DNA from: Candidatus Omnitrophota bacterium
Lineage (GTDB): Bacteria > Omnitrophota > Gorgyraeia > Gorgyraeales > Gorgyraeaceae
Length of the DNA: 42,910 nucleotides
Reading direction: 5' to 3'
NCBI GenBank assembly: GCA_018901615.1
Contig: JAHIEN010000083.1
Coordinates: forward strand, 1 to 42,910
Shown here piece after piece: positions 16,240-25,929 of this stretch. How positions within the stretch are numbered: the first letter of the stretch is position 1; every line of letters starts with the position of its first letter. The translations under genes and the position numbers were made by a program. Under the pieces are notes generated by a model that was not told the DNA's origin, made no database searches, and worked only from the letters and a program-made list of their open reading frames with translations.

Positions 16240-18417
16240 TTACATAATTGCTTCCATCATCAACGCGGGATGTCCGACCTTTTCCAGATAGGGCATAAGT
16301 TCTTCCACTGTGGTCGCCACTGTCTCATCAGCTATCTTGTTCAAAAGATCCAGCTCTCCTAATTCTTCGCTCCTCTTTTTTATTTTATCCGAAAGCGCTT
16401 CTTTTAATTCTTTTGGCATCCATACAATCCTTTTTAGACCGCCTTCCGCGGATATGAATTTCTTGCTTGTAATATAAAGCCGCCCGACGCCCATGAACCC
16501 TGGTGTTTGCTGCCCTCCTCCTATCGTACCTGCAAGCGTTGAGAAGCCTATGCCGACAGGTGTCATGCCGGGATATTCCCTGTTGACTACTATAAAGCCG
16601 TTTACCTCCGGCAATATAGCTACTATACACTCAAAGCAGCCGCAACTCGTCTCTGGCGAATCTATTATAGAATAGCCGCAGAATCTTTCGATAGTCCTGT
16701 TTGATTTCTGGGCTACCGCCTCATTTACGCCGATCCACTCGCCTTTTACAGCGTCAAGACATTGGCCTTTTTTAACAGGCTGGTTCGGCCCTGAAGGGTT
16801 AAGCTCATTGGATGCCTTTGCGTCAAGCCAGTTATAGGCACCGCACAACCCTATCCTTTCAGGTTTTATTATACAGACGTGGTTAGGCGCGAAGCTCTGA
16901 CACAGCGTGCATGTCCAGAATAAGTCTACGCTGTCATCTGTCATGCCTAAAACCCTGATATCCCGCTCTTCATAAGACTTTTGAGCGTCCTTGATCTCCC
17001 TTCCAACGTCTTCCTGTTTTGTATATATCGTGACCTGGACCTTGTCAGCAATCGCGTTGAAGACATCATGAATCCTGGCGTGCAATATAACTCCAAAATG
17101 TTTTAACTTGAACTTTTTATTTTTTGCGTCTTTTGATATCCTTATCCAGCACATATCCCTCTGGCCCATGTGAAAAACACCCATTGCCTCGTTCAGAAAA
17201 CTATGTATCTGTCTTTCGAGGATAGGCTCAAAGTCTTTCTGCATCTTTCTGCCTGCTACCTGCACAACGATTCCAAGGGGCAAGGCGTCGCCTTCTTTGA
17301 TCTCATCCAGCTCTGGGCCTATTACCTCTATCTTTCCATCCTCTATCTTGTCCAGCTCTGTCATTTTTACATATTCAAAGGCATCTGAATATTTGCCTCC
17401 AAACTGCGCGTACATCTGTTCCCGCCTGACCCGTTCTCCTTCAAACGCGGGCGAGTACGACACAGGTATAGGGATTTCAGTGATCTTTAGCTTTATCCCT
17501 CTTACCTCTACAGCCACGGGAACTATCTTTTTATGGTCCAGCTCTTTTACAACATGTTCATACGTGCAAATCCCGCTCGGTCTTATCTCAGGTATATCTG
17601 TATCGGCTATAATCGGAAATCCCATGTTTATCGCGCCTGCGCCTGTAGCGTATTTTATATCATCCAGATCACCAAGCGTCATGCCGAACGCGTATACCCT
17701 GTTTAGACAATATTTTAGACACTTCAACGCCTCGCCTTTTTTATGACCACCGAACGTCAATGCGCCGCGGATAGCCCAGTTTAAAGGGTATATAGCGCTC
17801 AATGTATCCCTGCCATAGGGTACTATATAGGTATCCCACCCCATTTCTACTTTTTCTTCCATGAGCTGGTCGATTATGCTGCGGCCCTTGACATTGCTGC
17901 CTACAAAGGTCATGATACTGCGCTTCTGAAGCTCGCGCACAATATACACAGCTGTTTTATTGTCAGGCGCGGCTCCGAGAATCGCGGCAAATCCAGGCAT
18001 CCTGCCATCCACGAGCTGGATACCGAGCGTGCGCAATATAGTGTCTGAAAAAAATCCATTGCAGTCTTTCTGCGGTTCCTGGCCGTATAGATATCTGAGA
18101 GCCATTATTATCTCTTCACACAATAAAGCCGCCACGCCTGAGTCAAGGGTATTGCCGAGATATGGCAGCCAGATTTTTTCCTCAGGTTCATCATGAAGAA
18201 GCGTCCTGGAAAACAGCAGGACATCCTTTGCCTCAGACAGATTCTTTACCTCTTTACCCAGAAGCGCGTAAGCCAGCGGGAAATAAAATGCCGTGTCTGG
18301 AAATCTTACCTCGCACTGCTCACCTTTTTCTTTAATGGCCTTGCCTAGAAACTCTTCTGCCTGGCGATATATCTCTTTAGCCCCTCTTATGGCAGCTGAT
18401 GCAATTATCTTTGACAT
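16240..18417 (-). CDS. acsB: Acetyl-CoA synthase catalytic subunit (CO-methylating; AcsB)
   Basis: 725 aa with the A-cluster region CTLCQSFAPNHVCII...GLCGAYNW and SCGCFECIV. SD GGAGGGTGT precedes the ATG. Confidence 0.95.
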   Translation of the reverse strand: MSKIIASAAIRGAKEIYRQAEEFLGKAIKEKGEQCEVRFPDTAFYFPLAYALLGKEVKNLSEAKDVLLFSRTLLHDEPEEKIWLPYLGNTLDSGVAALLCEEIIMALRYLYGQEPQKDCNGFFSDTILRTLGIQLVDGRMPGFAAILGAAPDNKTAVYIVRELQKRSIMTFVGSNVKGRSIIDQLMEEKVEMGWDTYIVPYGRDTLSAIYPLNWAIRGALTFGGHKKGEALKCLKYCLNRVYAFGMTLGDLDDIKYATGAGAINMGFPIIADTDIPEIRPSGICTYEHVVKELDHKKIVPVAVEVRGIKLKITEIPIPVSYSPAFEGERVRREQMYAQFGGKYSDAFEYVKMTELDKIEDGKIEVIGPELDEIKEGDALPLGIVVQVAGRKMQKDFEPILERQIHSFLNEAMGVFHMGQRDMCWIRISKDAKNKKFKLKHFGVILHARIHDVFNAIADKVQVTIYTKQEDVGREIKDAQKSYEERDIRVLGMTDDSVDLFWTCTLCQSFAPNHVCIIKPERIGLCGAYNWLDAKASNELNPSGPNQPVKKGQCLDAVKGEWIGVNEAVAQKSNRTIERFCGYSIIDSPETSCGCFECIVAILPEVNGFIVVNREYPGMTPVGIGFSTLAGTIGGGQQTPGFMGVGRLYITSKKFISAEGGLKRIVWMPKELKEALSDKIKKRSEELGELDLLNKIADETVATTVEELMPYLEKVGHPALMMEAIM

Positions 18418-18439
18418 ACACCCTCCATCCGATTTCAGC

Positions 18440-19729
18440 TTAAGCGGTCATGATTGTCTCTGTAAATTCTTTTTGTTTAAAGGCGCCCTTTGAATCCTTT
18501 ATTATATTTACAATCTTGCCATAATCAAAATAATCCTCGAGAACAATGTCCTCCGCGTCTTTTATATTAACCTTGTTTTTTATAAGGGCTCCGATGACAC
18601 CTATCTGTTCGATCGCATTTACAAAAACAGCCCCTACTATTATATTATCGCGCAGCACTATCTTCTTATAGACGTTTTTATCTAGATTTTTTCTGACTAT
18701 TTCTTTATAGATATCCTTTTTAGGCCTTGTTATGCCTATTGATATCACCGGCAAGCCGAAGAATTCTATGGAATTCATGGCCAGGGTCCCGTCGTATACC
18801 TGATTTTCCCCTGACATATTAAGTCCCGCGGCCCTTCCCTGCTCACACGCAACAGGCCATATCGCGTTTATGGTCTTTTCTTCCAGGGCTATGTCATAAG
18901 ATTCTGACACATCGCCGGCGGCAAAGATATTGTCATCGCTGGTTTTTAAAAATTGGTCTACGACAATACCCCAGTTAGTCTTGATGCCGGCCTCTTTCGC
19001 TGTTTCAATATTAGGGCTGACTCCTTTTCCCACAACAACGAGTTGACAGTCAATATTTGAACCATTATCCAGCACCAGGCCTTCTACAGAGTCCTTTCCC
19101 TTTATCTCTTTCGCGGATCTTCCCGTAAATATCTTAATCCCTTTTTTCTCTATGTGCCGCTGCATTATGCCGGCGGATTCCTTGTCTATTATCTGGGAGA
19201 GTATCTGGGGCGAACGCACAAAAACAGATACGTCTTTGCCTCTGCTTTTCAAGGCATAAGCCGCTCTGAGCCCTATAAGCCCGCCGCCCAATACAGCCAC
19301 GCTTTTAACTTTGTCCAGCACAGACTGGATCTCGACAGCGTGCCCAAGGGTCCTGAGAGGGAAAACTCTCTTTTTATCCTTGCCCGGAATATCTTCAAGC
19401 TTTGGGGAAGAGCCCGTGGCAATAAGCAACCTGTCAAATCTTATTTTTTCTCTGTTCTCAAGGCGCACCTCTTTGCTTTCAGTGTCTATTTTTTCTGCCC
19501 TTACCCCGAGTATTGCCTCTACCTTGTTTTTCTTAAAGAAGTTGTCAGGCCTGATCCAGATCTTATCTTTGTCAATAGTGCCTGCCAGGAGATATGAAAT
19601 CAGGCAGCGAGAATAAAGGGGGGTTTTTTCGTCAGATATAACTGTTATGGCAGCCTCTTTATCTTTTGATCTTATGGCCTCGACTGCGCTTATCCCCGCG
19701 GCGCTCGAACCTATTATCGCGTATCGCAT
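18440..19729 (-). CDS. FAD-dependent pyridine-nucleotide-disulfide-family oxidoreductase (CODH-associated type)
   Basis: 429 aa with two dinucleotide-binding folds (IIGSSAAGISA and VLGGGLIGLRAA) and AAGDV. It sits directly downstream of a CooF-like ferredoxin gene. Confidence 0.88.
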   Translation of the reverse strand: MRYAIIGSSAAGISAVEAIRSKDKEAAITVISDEKTPLYSRCLISYLLAGTIDKDKIWIRPDNFFKKNKVEAILGVRAEKIDTESKEVRLENREKIRFDRLLIATGSSPKLEDIPGKDKKRVFPLRTLGHAVEIQSVLDKVKSVAVLGGGLIGLRAAYALKSRGKDVSVFVRSPQILSQIIDKESAGIMQRHIEKKGIKIFTGRSAKEIKGKDSVEGLVLDNGSNIDCQLVVVGKGVSPNIETAKEAGIKTNWGIVVDQFLKTSDDNIFAAGDVSESYDIALEEKTINAIWPVACEQGRAAGLNMSGENQVYDGTLAMNSIEFFGLPVISIGITRPKKDIYKEIVRKNLDKNVYKKIVLRDNIIVGAVFVNAIEQIGVIGALIKNKVNIKDAEDIVLEDYFDYGKIVNIIKDSKGAFKQKEFTETIMTA

Positions 19730-19733
19730 GCCT

Positions 19734-20213
19734 TCAAGTCCTCACTTTAAATTCCTCTAATGTTCCTAAAAACAGCGCTTTTGTATGACACGCCTCAACG
19801 CAAGCAGGCCTGCCTGCCGGCAAGGCAAGCACGTCTCTGTCAGGACAGAGGTCGCATTTTACAATCACCTTTTCCTGCCTCTCTCTTGTAAGCGCGCCAA
19901 AAGGACAGCTCATTATACACATCCAGCAGCCAATGCATTTATCTGCATCATGCATGGTCTGTCCTGTCTTTTTATCCTTATACATCGCGGCTGACATGCA
20001 TGCTGTTACGCATGCCGCATCCTCGCAATGATGACAGCCTGTTGAAATCGCCCTGCCCTTATCGATAAATTGAGCCTTGCGCCTTTTTATCGGGAGTAGT
20101 TCTTCTTTTATGGCAATATCAAGAGTCTTGGATCTCGAATGCTCCACAGCGCACGCAATCTCGCAAGACCCGCACCCTAAACATTTTTTAATGTCACAGT
20201 ATATCTTTTTCAT
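19734..20213 (-). CDS. cooF: CooF-like 4Fe-4S ferredoxin
   Basis: 159 aa with four Cys clusters: CLGCGSCEIAC, CHHCEDAACVTAC, CIGCWMCIMSCP and CDLCPDR...CVEAC. No SD is visible. The ATG directly abuts the repeat terminus GTGCTCATTAA. Confidence 0.9.
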   Translation of the reverse strand: MKKIYCDIKKCLGCGSCEIACAVEHSRSKTLDIAIKEELLPIKRRKAQFIDKGRAISTGCHHCEDAACVTACMSAAMYKDKKTGQTMHDADKCIGCWMCIMSCPFGALTRERQEKVIVKCDLCPDRDVLALPAGRPACVEACHTKALFLGTLEEFKVRT

Positions 20214-20392
20214 TTAATGAGCACTTAAGTTACGAAAAATCTCTGATTTTTTGTAACTTAATCTTCTCTGTTTAACTTCTCTGAAGGTGCGAATTAATCC
20301 CACACCTTTTTAATATTCATCTACTTAAGAAATGGACAAATTCTTAAGATTATGAATAAACAGAAGGTGCGGGACAAATTCGGCCTTATAAG
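20214..20392 (-). repeat. Structured intergenic element, copy 2 (cooS-cooF spacer)
   Basis: Same architecture and conserved blocks as copy 1: CCGAATTTGTCCCGCACC ... GGTGTGGGATTAATTCGCAC ... a long hairpin ... AAGTGCTCATTAA. The cooF ATG follows directly. Confidence 0.75.
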
Positions 20393-22321
20393 TTATGTTC
20401 GCTTCGCTCCATAACTTATGGCCTCATTTGACATCAGCGGCTTTAGTTTTAATGCCTCGCGTTTTTTGTCAATATGGGCTATCATGAGCTCTGCTGCCTT
20501 TATCGGATCGCCTTCAAAGGCCCACTTGCCTCCAACAACCGGCTCTATATCATTGCATATATAATCCGCAACAGTCTTGCTGCCCAGGACCCTTAAAGGC
20601 GTTCCTATTACAACAAAGATACCTGAGGCGACAAAATACCATCCTATCGCGATCGCCTTTTCAGACATCCACTCAGGCGCTGCCCCGGCAACAGGCAATT
20701 CATCAATACTATTGCCAATGCCGCCCTCTTTTACCATCTCGCAGCAGGCAGTAAGGATCCTTGTGTTATCAACGCACGAGCCAGTGTGCAGTACTGGCGG
20801 GATCCCGACAGTCTCGCATATTTCCTTGAGGCCGTCTCCCGCAAACCTGAACGCGCTCTCGGGCGTCAGAAGCCCTGCCTTTGCGCATGCCCCAGCAGAG
20901 CAGCCGGTCTGGACTACGAGCACATCATTTTTTATAAGGTGCTTTACCATATCAGCGTGGCACATTCCTGACTGGTTTTTTGGGTTGTCACAGCCTACAA
21001 CGCCCGCAACGCCCCTTATCCTGCCGCTTATAATAGCGTCATTCAGCGGCCTGTAGGATTTTCTGAAAGAGCCCCCGAGATTATAGAAAATATTTTCCAT
21101 TGTGAATCCCGCGACCAGCGTCATTTTTTCTTTGGGAATATTTACCTTTGACCTGTCCCTGTTTTTATAATTCTCTATGGCTATCTTCAATATCTTTTTA
21201 GCTATCAGAAGCGCGTCTTTTTCGTTAAATTCTATGTGCTCCATGCCTTTGAACCTGGCCTTAGGGGACGTGGAAATAAGCTTTGTGTGAAACGACTGAG
21301 CGACCTCTGACAGAGAAGGCATGACACATTGTATATCGACTACCATTGCCTCTACTGCTCCCGTGATGATCGCGAGTTCCTGCTGTAAAAAAGTACCTGC
21401 CATAGGTATGCCGTGCCTCATAAGGACTTCAGCCGCAGTGCAACAGATACCTGAAAGATTTATGCCTTTTGCCCCTGCCTTTTTTGCGAGCTCGATTATT
21501 TCTTTATCCTGGCTGGCAGAGACTATTATATCTGAAAGAGTGGGCTCGTGGCCATGAACCAGGACATTGACCTCGTCATCTTTTAACACGCCGAGGTTTA
21601 CCTCTGCCCTGACAGGCTGTGGCGAACCAAAAAGTATATCGCTGAGGTCAGTCGCGATCATTGAACCGCCCCATCCGTCCGCAAGAGATGTCTTCATGGC
21701 AAGTTCTATGATATGCCGGTATTCACTGTCGCATCCTATGTGCGTCCTGGACATTGCCTGGACCACCTCTATATCAATACCCCTTGGCACAACATTTAAT
21801 TTTCTCCATGTATCAACCTGCTTCTTTGGAGCCCTTTTTATAAGGGCCAGTTCGCCCTCTTGCTGGCCAAATTCCTTTAATATCGCCTCGCCCAGTTCTT
21901 CGGCTATCTTTAGATCATTTTTGTTTTCTATTTTTATGCCGAATTCAACGGCCAGCTTTCTTAACTTCGCGGGGTCCTTTATAGAATAATCCTTTGCCTT
22001 GCCGCGGCCTAATTCAAGCAATGTCACTGCCAGATCCCTGCAATGGTCTGAATGACACGCTGCGCCGCCAGCTGCGTTTCGCGCAAGATTTCGAGAGGCA
22101 ATGATATCCGCGTCTGCGCCGCAAGCGCCTTTTTGCGCGCCTTCGCCAAACGGATCTATCCTGCACGGGCCAAGGTTACATATCTTGCAGCAGAGTCCAA
22201 GAGTCCCGAAACCGCAGTGCGGTTCCTGGAGATGGAACCTGTCCCATATGGTTTGGATATTTTTTTCGCTCGCTATCTTAAGCAGGCCGTCATTGATAGA
22301 ATTACCTGTTGGTTTTGACAT
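20393..22321 (-). CDS. cooS: Anaerobic Ni-Fe carbon monoxide dehydrogenase catalytic subunit
   Basis: 642 aa with the N-terminal D/B-cluster cysteines CGFGTLGLCCKICNLGPCRI. SD GAGGAGG precedes the ATG. The start overlaps the end of cooC by 20 nt. Confidence 0.95.
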   Translation of the reverse strand: MSKPTGNSINDGLLKIASEKNIQTIWDRFHLQEPHCGFGTLGLCCKICNLGPCRIDPFGEGAQKGACGADADIIASRNLARNAAGGAACHSDHCRDLAVTLLELGRGKAKDYSIKDPAKLRKLAVEFGIKIENKNDLKIAEELGEAILKEFGQQEGELALIKRAPKKQVDTWRKLNVVPRGIDIEVVQAMSRTHIGCDSEYRHIIELAMKTSLADGWGGSMIATDLSDILFGSPQPVRAEVNLGVLKDDEVNVLVHGHEPTLSDIIVSASQDKEIIELAKKAGAKGINLSGICCTAAEVLMRHGIPMAGTFLQQELAIITGAVEAMVVDIQCVMPSLSEVAQSFHTKLISTSPKARFKGMEHIEFNEKDALLIAKKILKIAIENYKNRDRSKVNIPKEKMTLVAGFTMENIFYNLGGSFRKSYRPLNDAIISGRIRGVAGVVGCDNPKNQSGMCHADMVKHLIKNDVLVVQTGCSAGACAKAGLLTPESAFRFAGDGLKEICETVGIPPVLHTGSCVDNTRILTACCEMVKEGGIGNSIDELPVAGAAPEWMSEKAIAIGWYFVASGIFVVIGTPLRVLGSKTVADYICNDIEPVVGGKWAFEGDPIKAAELMIAHIDKKREALKLKPLMSNEAISYGAKRT

Positions 22322-23054
22322 TCAATACCTCCTCTGATGCTCTTGCCAGATCTTTCGAAAACTTTGAATCCTCGGGCAGGATCCCCCTGGAACTCAAAAG
22401 TGATTCATCCAGTTTTATAAAGCCCGCTATCCTCAGCCCCTTTAGATTTTCCTCAATAAAAATCCTGTCGCCTTCAGACCTTATCTTGTTGGCTATAACC
22501 AAAACCTCTTTGATCTTTAAATTTTCCGCAAGGCCTTTTATCCTGGCCGCTGTGTCAATAGAGGTCTTGTTGGGTTCGATTACTATTATAAACTTTTCAA
22601 CTGACTGAGCAGTGCCACGGCCCAGATGCTCGACGCCTGCCTCCATGTCGACTATCACGACCTCATCCCTGTTTATAAAGATGTGGCTCAATAGGGCCTT
22701 TAAAAAGGCGTTTTCAGGACACACGCAGCCAGAGCCGCCTTTTTTTACAGTGCCCATCTCAAGCAGCCTGATATTGCCACGCTCTTTTGAAAATCTATCA
22801 GGTATATCGTCGACCTTTGGATTTAATTTAAAAAACGCGCCGAGTTCTCCTGTGCGCTCCAGGATTATTTTTTTTAACTCTGATATTGGCGTTGGCCTTT
22901 CTGTGTCTGAAAAACCAAGCGCGGTGCCAAGATTGGCGTCGGGATCAGCGTCTATCGCTATCACCTTCTTACCCTGTCCGCTAAATATACAGGCAAGGCC
23001 TGCCGCAATAGATGTCTTTCCTGCCCCGCCTTTTCCCGTAACCGCTATCTTCAT
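22302..23054 (-). CDS. cooC: CODH/ACS nickel-insertion accessory ATPase (CooC/AcsF)
   Basis: 250 aa with the deviant Walker A GKGGAGKTS and the CXC metal motif GGSGCVCPEN. Confidence 0.92.
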   Translation of the reverse strand: MKIAVTGKGGAGKTSIAAGLACIFSGQGKKVIAIDADPDANLGTALGFSDTERPTPISELKKIILERTGELGAFFKLNPKVDDIPDRFSKERGNIRLLEMGTVKKGGSGCVCPENAFLKALLSHIFINRDEVVIVDMEAGVEHLGRGTAQSVEKFIIVIEPNKTSIDTAARIKGLAENLKIKEVLVIANKIRSEGDRIFIEENLKGLRIAGFIKLDESLLSSRGILPEDSKFSKDLARASEEVLNVKTNR

Positions 23055-23068
23055 GATATCACAGATTT

Positions 23069-23935
23069 TTACAACCCTGCCGCGTCCAGCACAAACGGAA
23101 CTTTTTTATCCCACCCTATAGGCATTATGTGCACGCCCTGGCACATCGGTTTTAACTCTTTGATAAGACGGGCCGCTATCTCTATTGACTTAGCGCTCTT
23201 ATCCTGCGCCTTATCTATTTCCTCGATCAAGCTGTCAGGCACGAATACGCCGCTGACGTTTTTATTCATAAACCTGGCCATGCCGGCTGATTTTAAAAGA
23301 ACGATCCCCGCTATTATTGTGGTCTTTAGGTGCCTTGACGCCTCAAGGAATTTCTTAAACATGCCGATGTCATATATTGCCTGGGTCTGAAAAAATTGAG
23401 CCCCTGAAGCTATTTTTTTCTCCATCTTGAGGACCTCGGGCTCGAGCGGGTCAGCGCCGGGGTTTACCACTGCGCCCACGCAAAACCTGGGGGAGCCTTT
23501 TAGGTCTTTACCGACCATATCTTTTCCTGTCTGTAATGTCCTTATTGCCTCAAGGAGCTGCATTGAGTCAAGGTCAAACACAGGTTTTGCCTGCGGATGG
23601 TCGCCAAGCATAGGGTGGTCGCCTGTTAAAGCAAGGATATTCTTTATGCCAAAAACCGAGGCTGATAAAAGATCGGACTGCAATGCCAATCTATTCCTGT
23701 CGCGGCAGGTCATCTGAAATACAGGCTCTATGCCGCGTTCGATCAAAAGCCTGCATATAGCGAGAGACCCTACACGCATCACAGAACTCTGCAGGTCAGT
23801 GACATTAATGGCATCGACCCTGCTTTTAATAAGCTCTGCGTCTTTCAGCGTCTCCTCAATATCAGTCCCCTTAGGCGGCCCGATCTCAGAGGTCAGTATA
23901 AACTTCCCATCCCTGATCTTATCACACAAAGACAT
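23069..23935 (-). CDS. metF: 5,10-methylenetetrahydrofolate reductase
   Basis: The ORF track extends this to 24025, but that start is a TTG inside a palindromic repeat. I prefer the ATG at 23935 (MSLCDKIRDGKFILTSEIGPPKG), which is preceded by AAGGAAACTAAA. The remainder is MetF-like (LTGDHP, FFQTQAIYD). Confidence 0.88.
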   Translation of the reverse strand: MSLCDKIRDGKFILTSEIGPPKGTDIEETLKDAELIKSRVDAINVTDLQSSVMRVGSLAICRLLIERGIEPVFQMTCRDRNRLALQSDLLSASVFGIKNILALTGDHPMLGDHPQAKPVFDLDSMQLLEAIRTLQTGKDMVGKDLKGSPRFCVGAVVNPGADPLEPEVLKMEKKIASGAQFFQTQAIYDIGMFKKFLEASRHLKTTIIAGIVLLKSAGMARFMNKNVSGVFVPDSLIEEIDKAQDKSAKSIEIAARLIKELKPMCQGVHIMPIGWDKKVPFVLDAAGL

Positions 23936-23962
23936 TTTAGTTTCCTTAAGGTTCTCATCCTG

Positions 23963-24189
23963 TTGGTTAGCCTTGGGGCCGTTCGGCACTGAGAAGTTTT
24001 GCCGTCCGCTACGGTCCTTCGACAAGCTCAGGGCCTTAGTCCCGAGCGAAGCGAGGGGCGGTTTACGGCTCGTTCGTTTGGCGGAATTCCCTCGCTACGC
24101 TCGGTCAGTTCCGCCACTCACTCGCCGTAAAGCCTTGCGGACTTTTGCCAAAACTTCTCTAATGTGCCTCAGACCCCAAGGCTAACCAA
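23963..24189. repeat. Imperfect palindromic element of about 227 bp, directly upstream of metF
   Basis: The outer arms are TTGGTTAGCCTTGGGG (from 23963) and CCCCAAGGCTAACCAA (ending 24189). Next inward, GAGAAGTTTTGCC faces GCCAAAACTTCTC with one mismatch. Innermost, CCGAGCGAAGCGAGGG pairs with CCCTCGCTACGCTCGG. Confidence 0.75.
24016..24048. repeat. Copy 2 of the same dispersed repeat
   Basis: CCTTCGACAAGCTCAGGGCCTTAGTCCCGAGCG, embedded in the large palindrome at 23963-24189. Confidence 0.8.
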
Positions 24190-24210
24190 CACGAAGTAAA
24201 AGACCTATAT

Positions 24211-24399
24211 CGTCTCTTCGCTCAGGCAAGGCCTTAAGAAAAGCCTTTTTCTTTTGCGGACAACAGGACTACCGCACAATAAAAGATCCTGCCTGTCAAA
24301 AGAAAACGGAGCGAGACCCAACTCTACGATAAGCCTTGCTATATTAAAATATTATTAGGTCGAGCATCTTTTCGTAGGCCTTGCCTGAGCGAAGAGACG
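24211..24399. repeat. Element bounded by perfect 23-bp inverted repeats (MITE-like or a long hairpin)
   Basis: CGTCTCTTCGCTCAGGCAAGGCC (24211-24233) pairs with GGCCTTGCCTGAGCGAAGAGACG (24377-24399), 143 nt apart. Nested inner stems include TTTCTTTTG/CAAAAGAAA. Confidence 0.8.
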
Positions 24400-24426
24400 C
24401 TGTACCAGCTCAAAGAACAACACGCT

Positions 24427-25293
24427 CTACTGCTGTAACTTAAATGCCTCCACCACATTCTTCATCAGCATTGCCACTGTCAAAGGTCCTACCCCTCCTG
24501 GAACAGGCGTTATGTACGACGCCTTTTCCTGAGCCTTGTCAAATTCAACGTCTCCGACGATCTTACCTTCGACACGGTTAATGCCCACGTCTATTACAAT
24601 AGCGCCTTCTTTTATCCAATCGCCTTTTACCAGGCATGCCTTGCCGCACGCCACAATCAATATCTCCGCCTTTTTTACAAAATCAGGCAACGCGCCTCTT
24701 TCACCTGTAGCAATATGGCACACTGTGGTCGTCACAAATTTATTGAGAAGCAGTAACGCGAGAGGTTTCCCGACGATCTCGCTGTGACCTACTACCACAG
24801 CCTCTTTGCCGTAAAGGTCCAGGGAATCTATTGAATTTAAAAGCTCCATGCACGCCGCCGCTGTGCACGGGAGGATCTTTGCCTTGCCAAATACTATCTC
24901 TCCCATATTCTGCGGGTGCACTGCCTCAATATCCTTTAAAGGCGAGATATAGCGCGAGATGATCTTCCCGTCTATATGCTGAGGGATAGGCATCTGCACA
25001 ATGATCCCGCTTACGGACGCATCCTTATTTAACTTATCGATCGCCTTTATTAGATCCGATTGAGACGTCTTGGCGTCCAGTTTTTCAAGCGAATACTCTA
25101 TACCAAGGGCCTCGGCGTTTTTCCTCTGCGATTTTAGATATATTTCTGACGCAGGGTCTTCGCCCACTTGCACGCTTACCAGCTTAGGAGATCTTTTATA
25201 TCTGATCCTTAAGGAACTTACATCAGCGAGCAGCCCTTTTTTTATCTTTGCTGCCAGGGCCTTGCCGTCCAGTAACTTCGCAGCCATGATCAT
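24427..25293 (-). CDS. folD: Bifunctional methylene-THF dehydrogenase / methenyl-THF cyclohydrolase
   Basis: 288 aa with the motifs VQVGEDPASEIYLKSQ, IIVQMPIP, VVGHSEIVGKP and PVPGGVGPLTVAML. Confidence 0.95.
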   Translation of the reverse strand: MIMAAKLLDGKALAAKIKKGLLADVSSLRIRYKRSPKLVSVQVGEDPASEIYLKSQRKNAEALGIEYSLEKLDAKTSQSDLIKAIDKLNKDASVSGIIVQMPIPQHIDGKIISRYISPLKDIEAVHPQNMGEIVFGKAKILPCTAAACMELLNSIDSLDLYGKEAVVVGHSEIVGKPLALLLLNKFVTTTVCHIATGERGALPDFVKKAEILIVACGKACLVKGDWIKEGAIVIDVGINRVEGKIVGDVEFDKAQEKASYITPVPGGVGPLTVAMLMKNVVEAFKLQQ

Positions 25294-25889
25294 CTCATCC
25301 TTCCTTGGGTTTTATCAATAGTTCTTTTGTACAAGATCCTTATCTCTTTTCTTATTCTCTCCACGCCCATTATCTCTTTTTCTACAAAAGGCCTGTCCTT
25401 CATACCTTTAAGGTTGATTTTGCAATTAAACGCCGCTGAATTAAAAGCGGCCTGCAGAAGTTCCGCGGCGCAGCCTACGTCAGTTATAAGGTTCGGATTG
25501 CCTTTTTCAGCAAGGCCCAGCGCTGTCTCCATTGTGCCCTTAGATAACCTGCACGCCCTGTTTGAAACATAGTAGCCGTCTTTAAGAGCCCTTTCAATAA
25601 TTTTTTTGTCTTTTGTCCTGAACGCGTCTCTTATTTTCGAATATATCTCCGTATCATCATCTATCAAAGCAAGAAAAATTTTCCTGGCCTTTGTCAGGCT
25701 GAAAAGATGCTTCTTGACAGTTTTCTCGACACTCTTGTATTTATCATTACCTATTGTAAAATTACATACCATCTCCAGCAAAGCTGTGCCTATGGCTCCG
25801 GCAAGACCTGCCGCGCTTCCTCCGCCTGGCACAGGTTTCTTTGCCGCGAGTTCATCGATATACTTCTTTAAAGATTTATTTACATACAT
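25290..25889 (-). CDS. fchA: Cyclodeaminase/cyclohydrolase-family protein (FchA-like methenyl-THF cyclohydrolase)
   Basis: 199 aa with the FTCD C-terminal-domain signature KKPVPGGGSAAGLAGAIGTALLEMV. It overlaps folD by 4 nt. Confidence 0.85.
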   Translation of the reverse strand: MYVNKSLKKYIDELAAKKPVPGGGSAAGLAGAIGTALLEMVCNFTIGNDKYKSVEKTVKKHLFSLTKARKIFLALIDDDTEIYSKIRDAFRTKDKKIIERALKDGYYVSNRACRLSKGTMETALGLAEKGNPNLITDVGCAAELLQAAFNSAAFNCKINLKGMKDRPFVEKEIMGVERIRKEIRILYKRTIDKTQGRMR

Positions 25890-25929
25890 GGTTTTCCGAG
25901 TTTTTCCGCGTAACGTTCCGCGATTCTTA

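Noticed and set aside
23936-24025. 30-aa N-terminal extension of metF in the ORF track (MSKDRSGRQNFSVPNGPKANQQDENLKETK).
   Set aside because: The start codon at 24025 is a TTG located inside the dispersed repeat and palindrome. A normal ATG with an upstream AGGA lies at 23935, and MetF homology begins there.
23730-24185. 151-aa plus-strand ORF covering the metF-folD spacer (…SFDKLRALVPSEARGG…).
   Set aside because: It is translated from palindromic repeat DNA and from the antisense strand of the metF start. This is the classic spurious hypothetical protein generated by such repeats.
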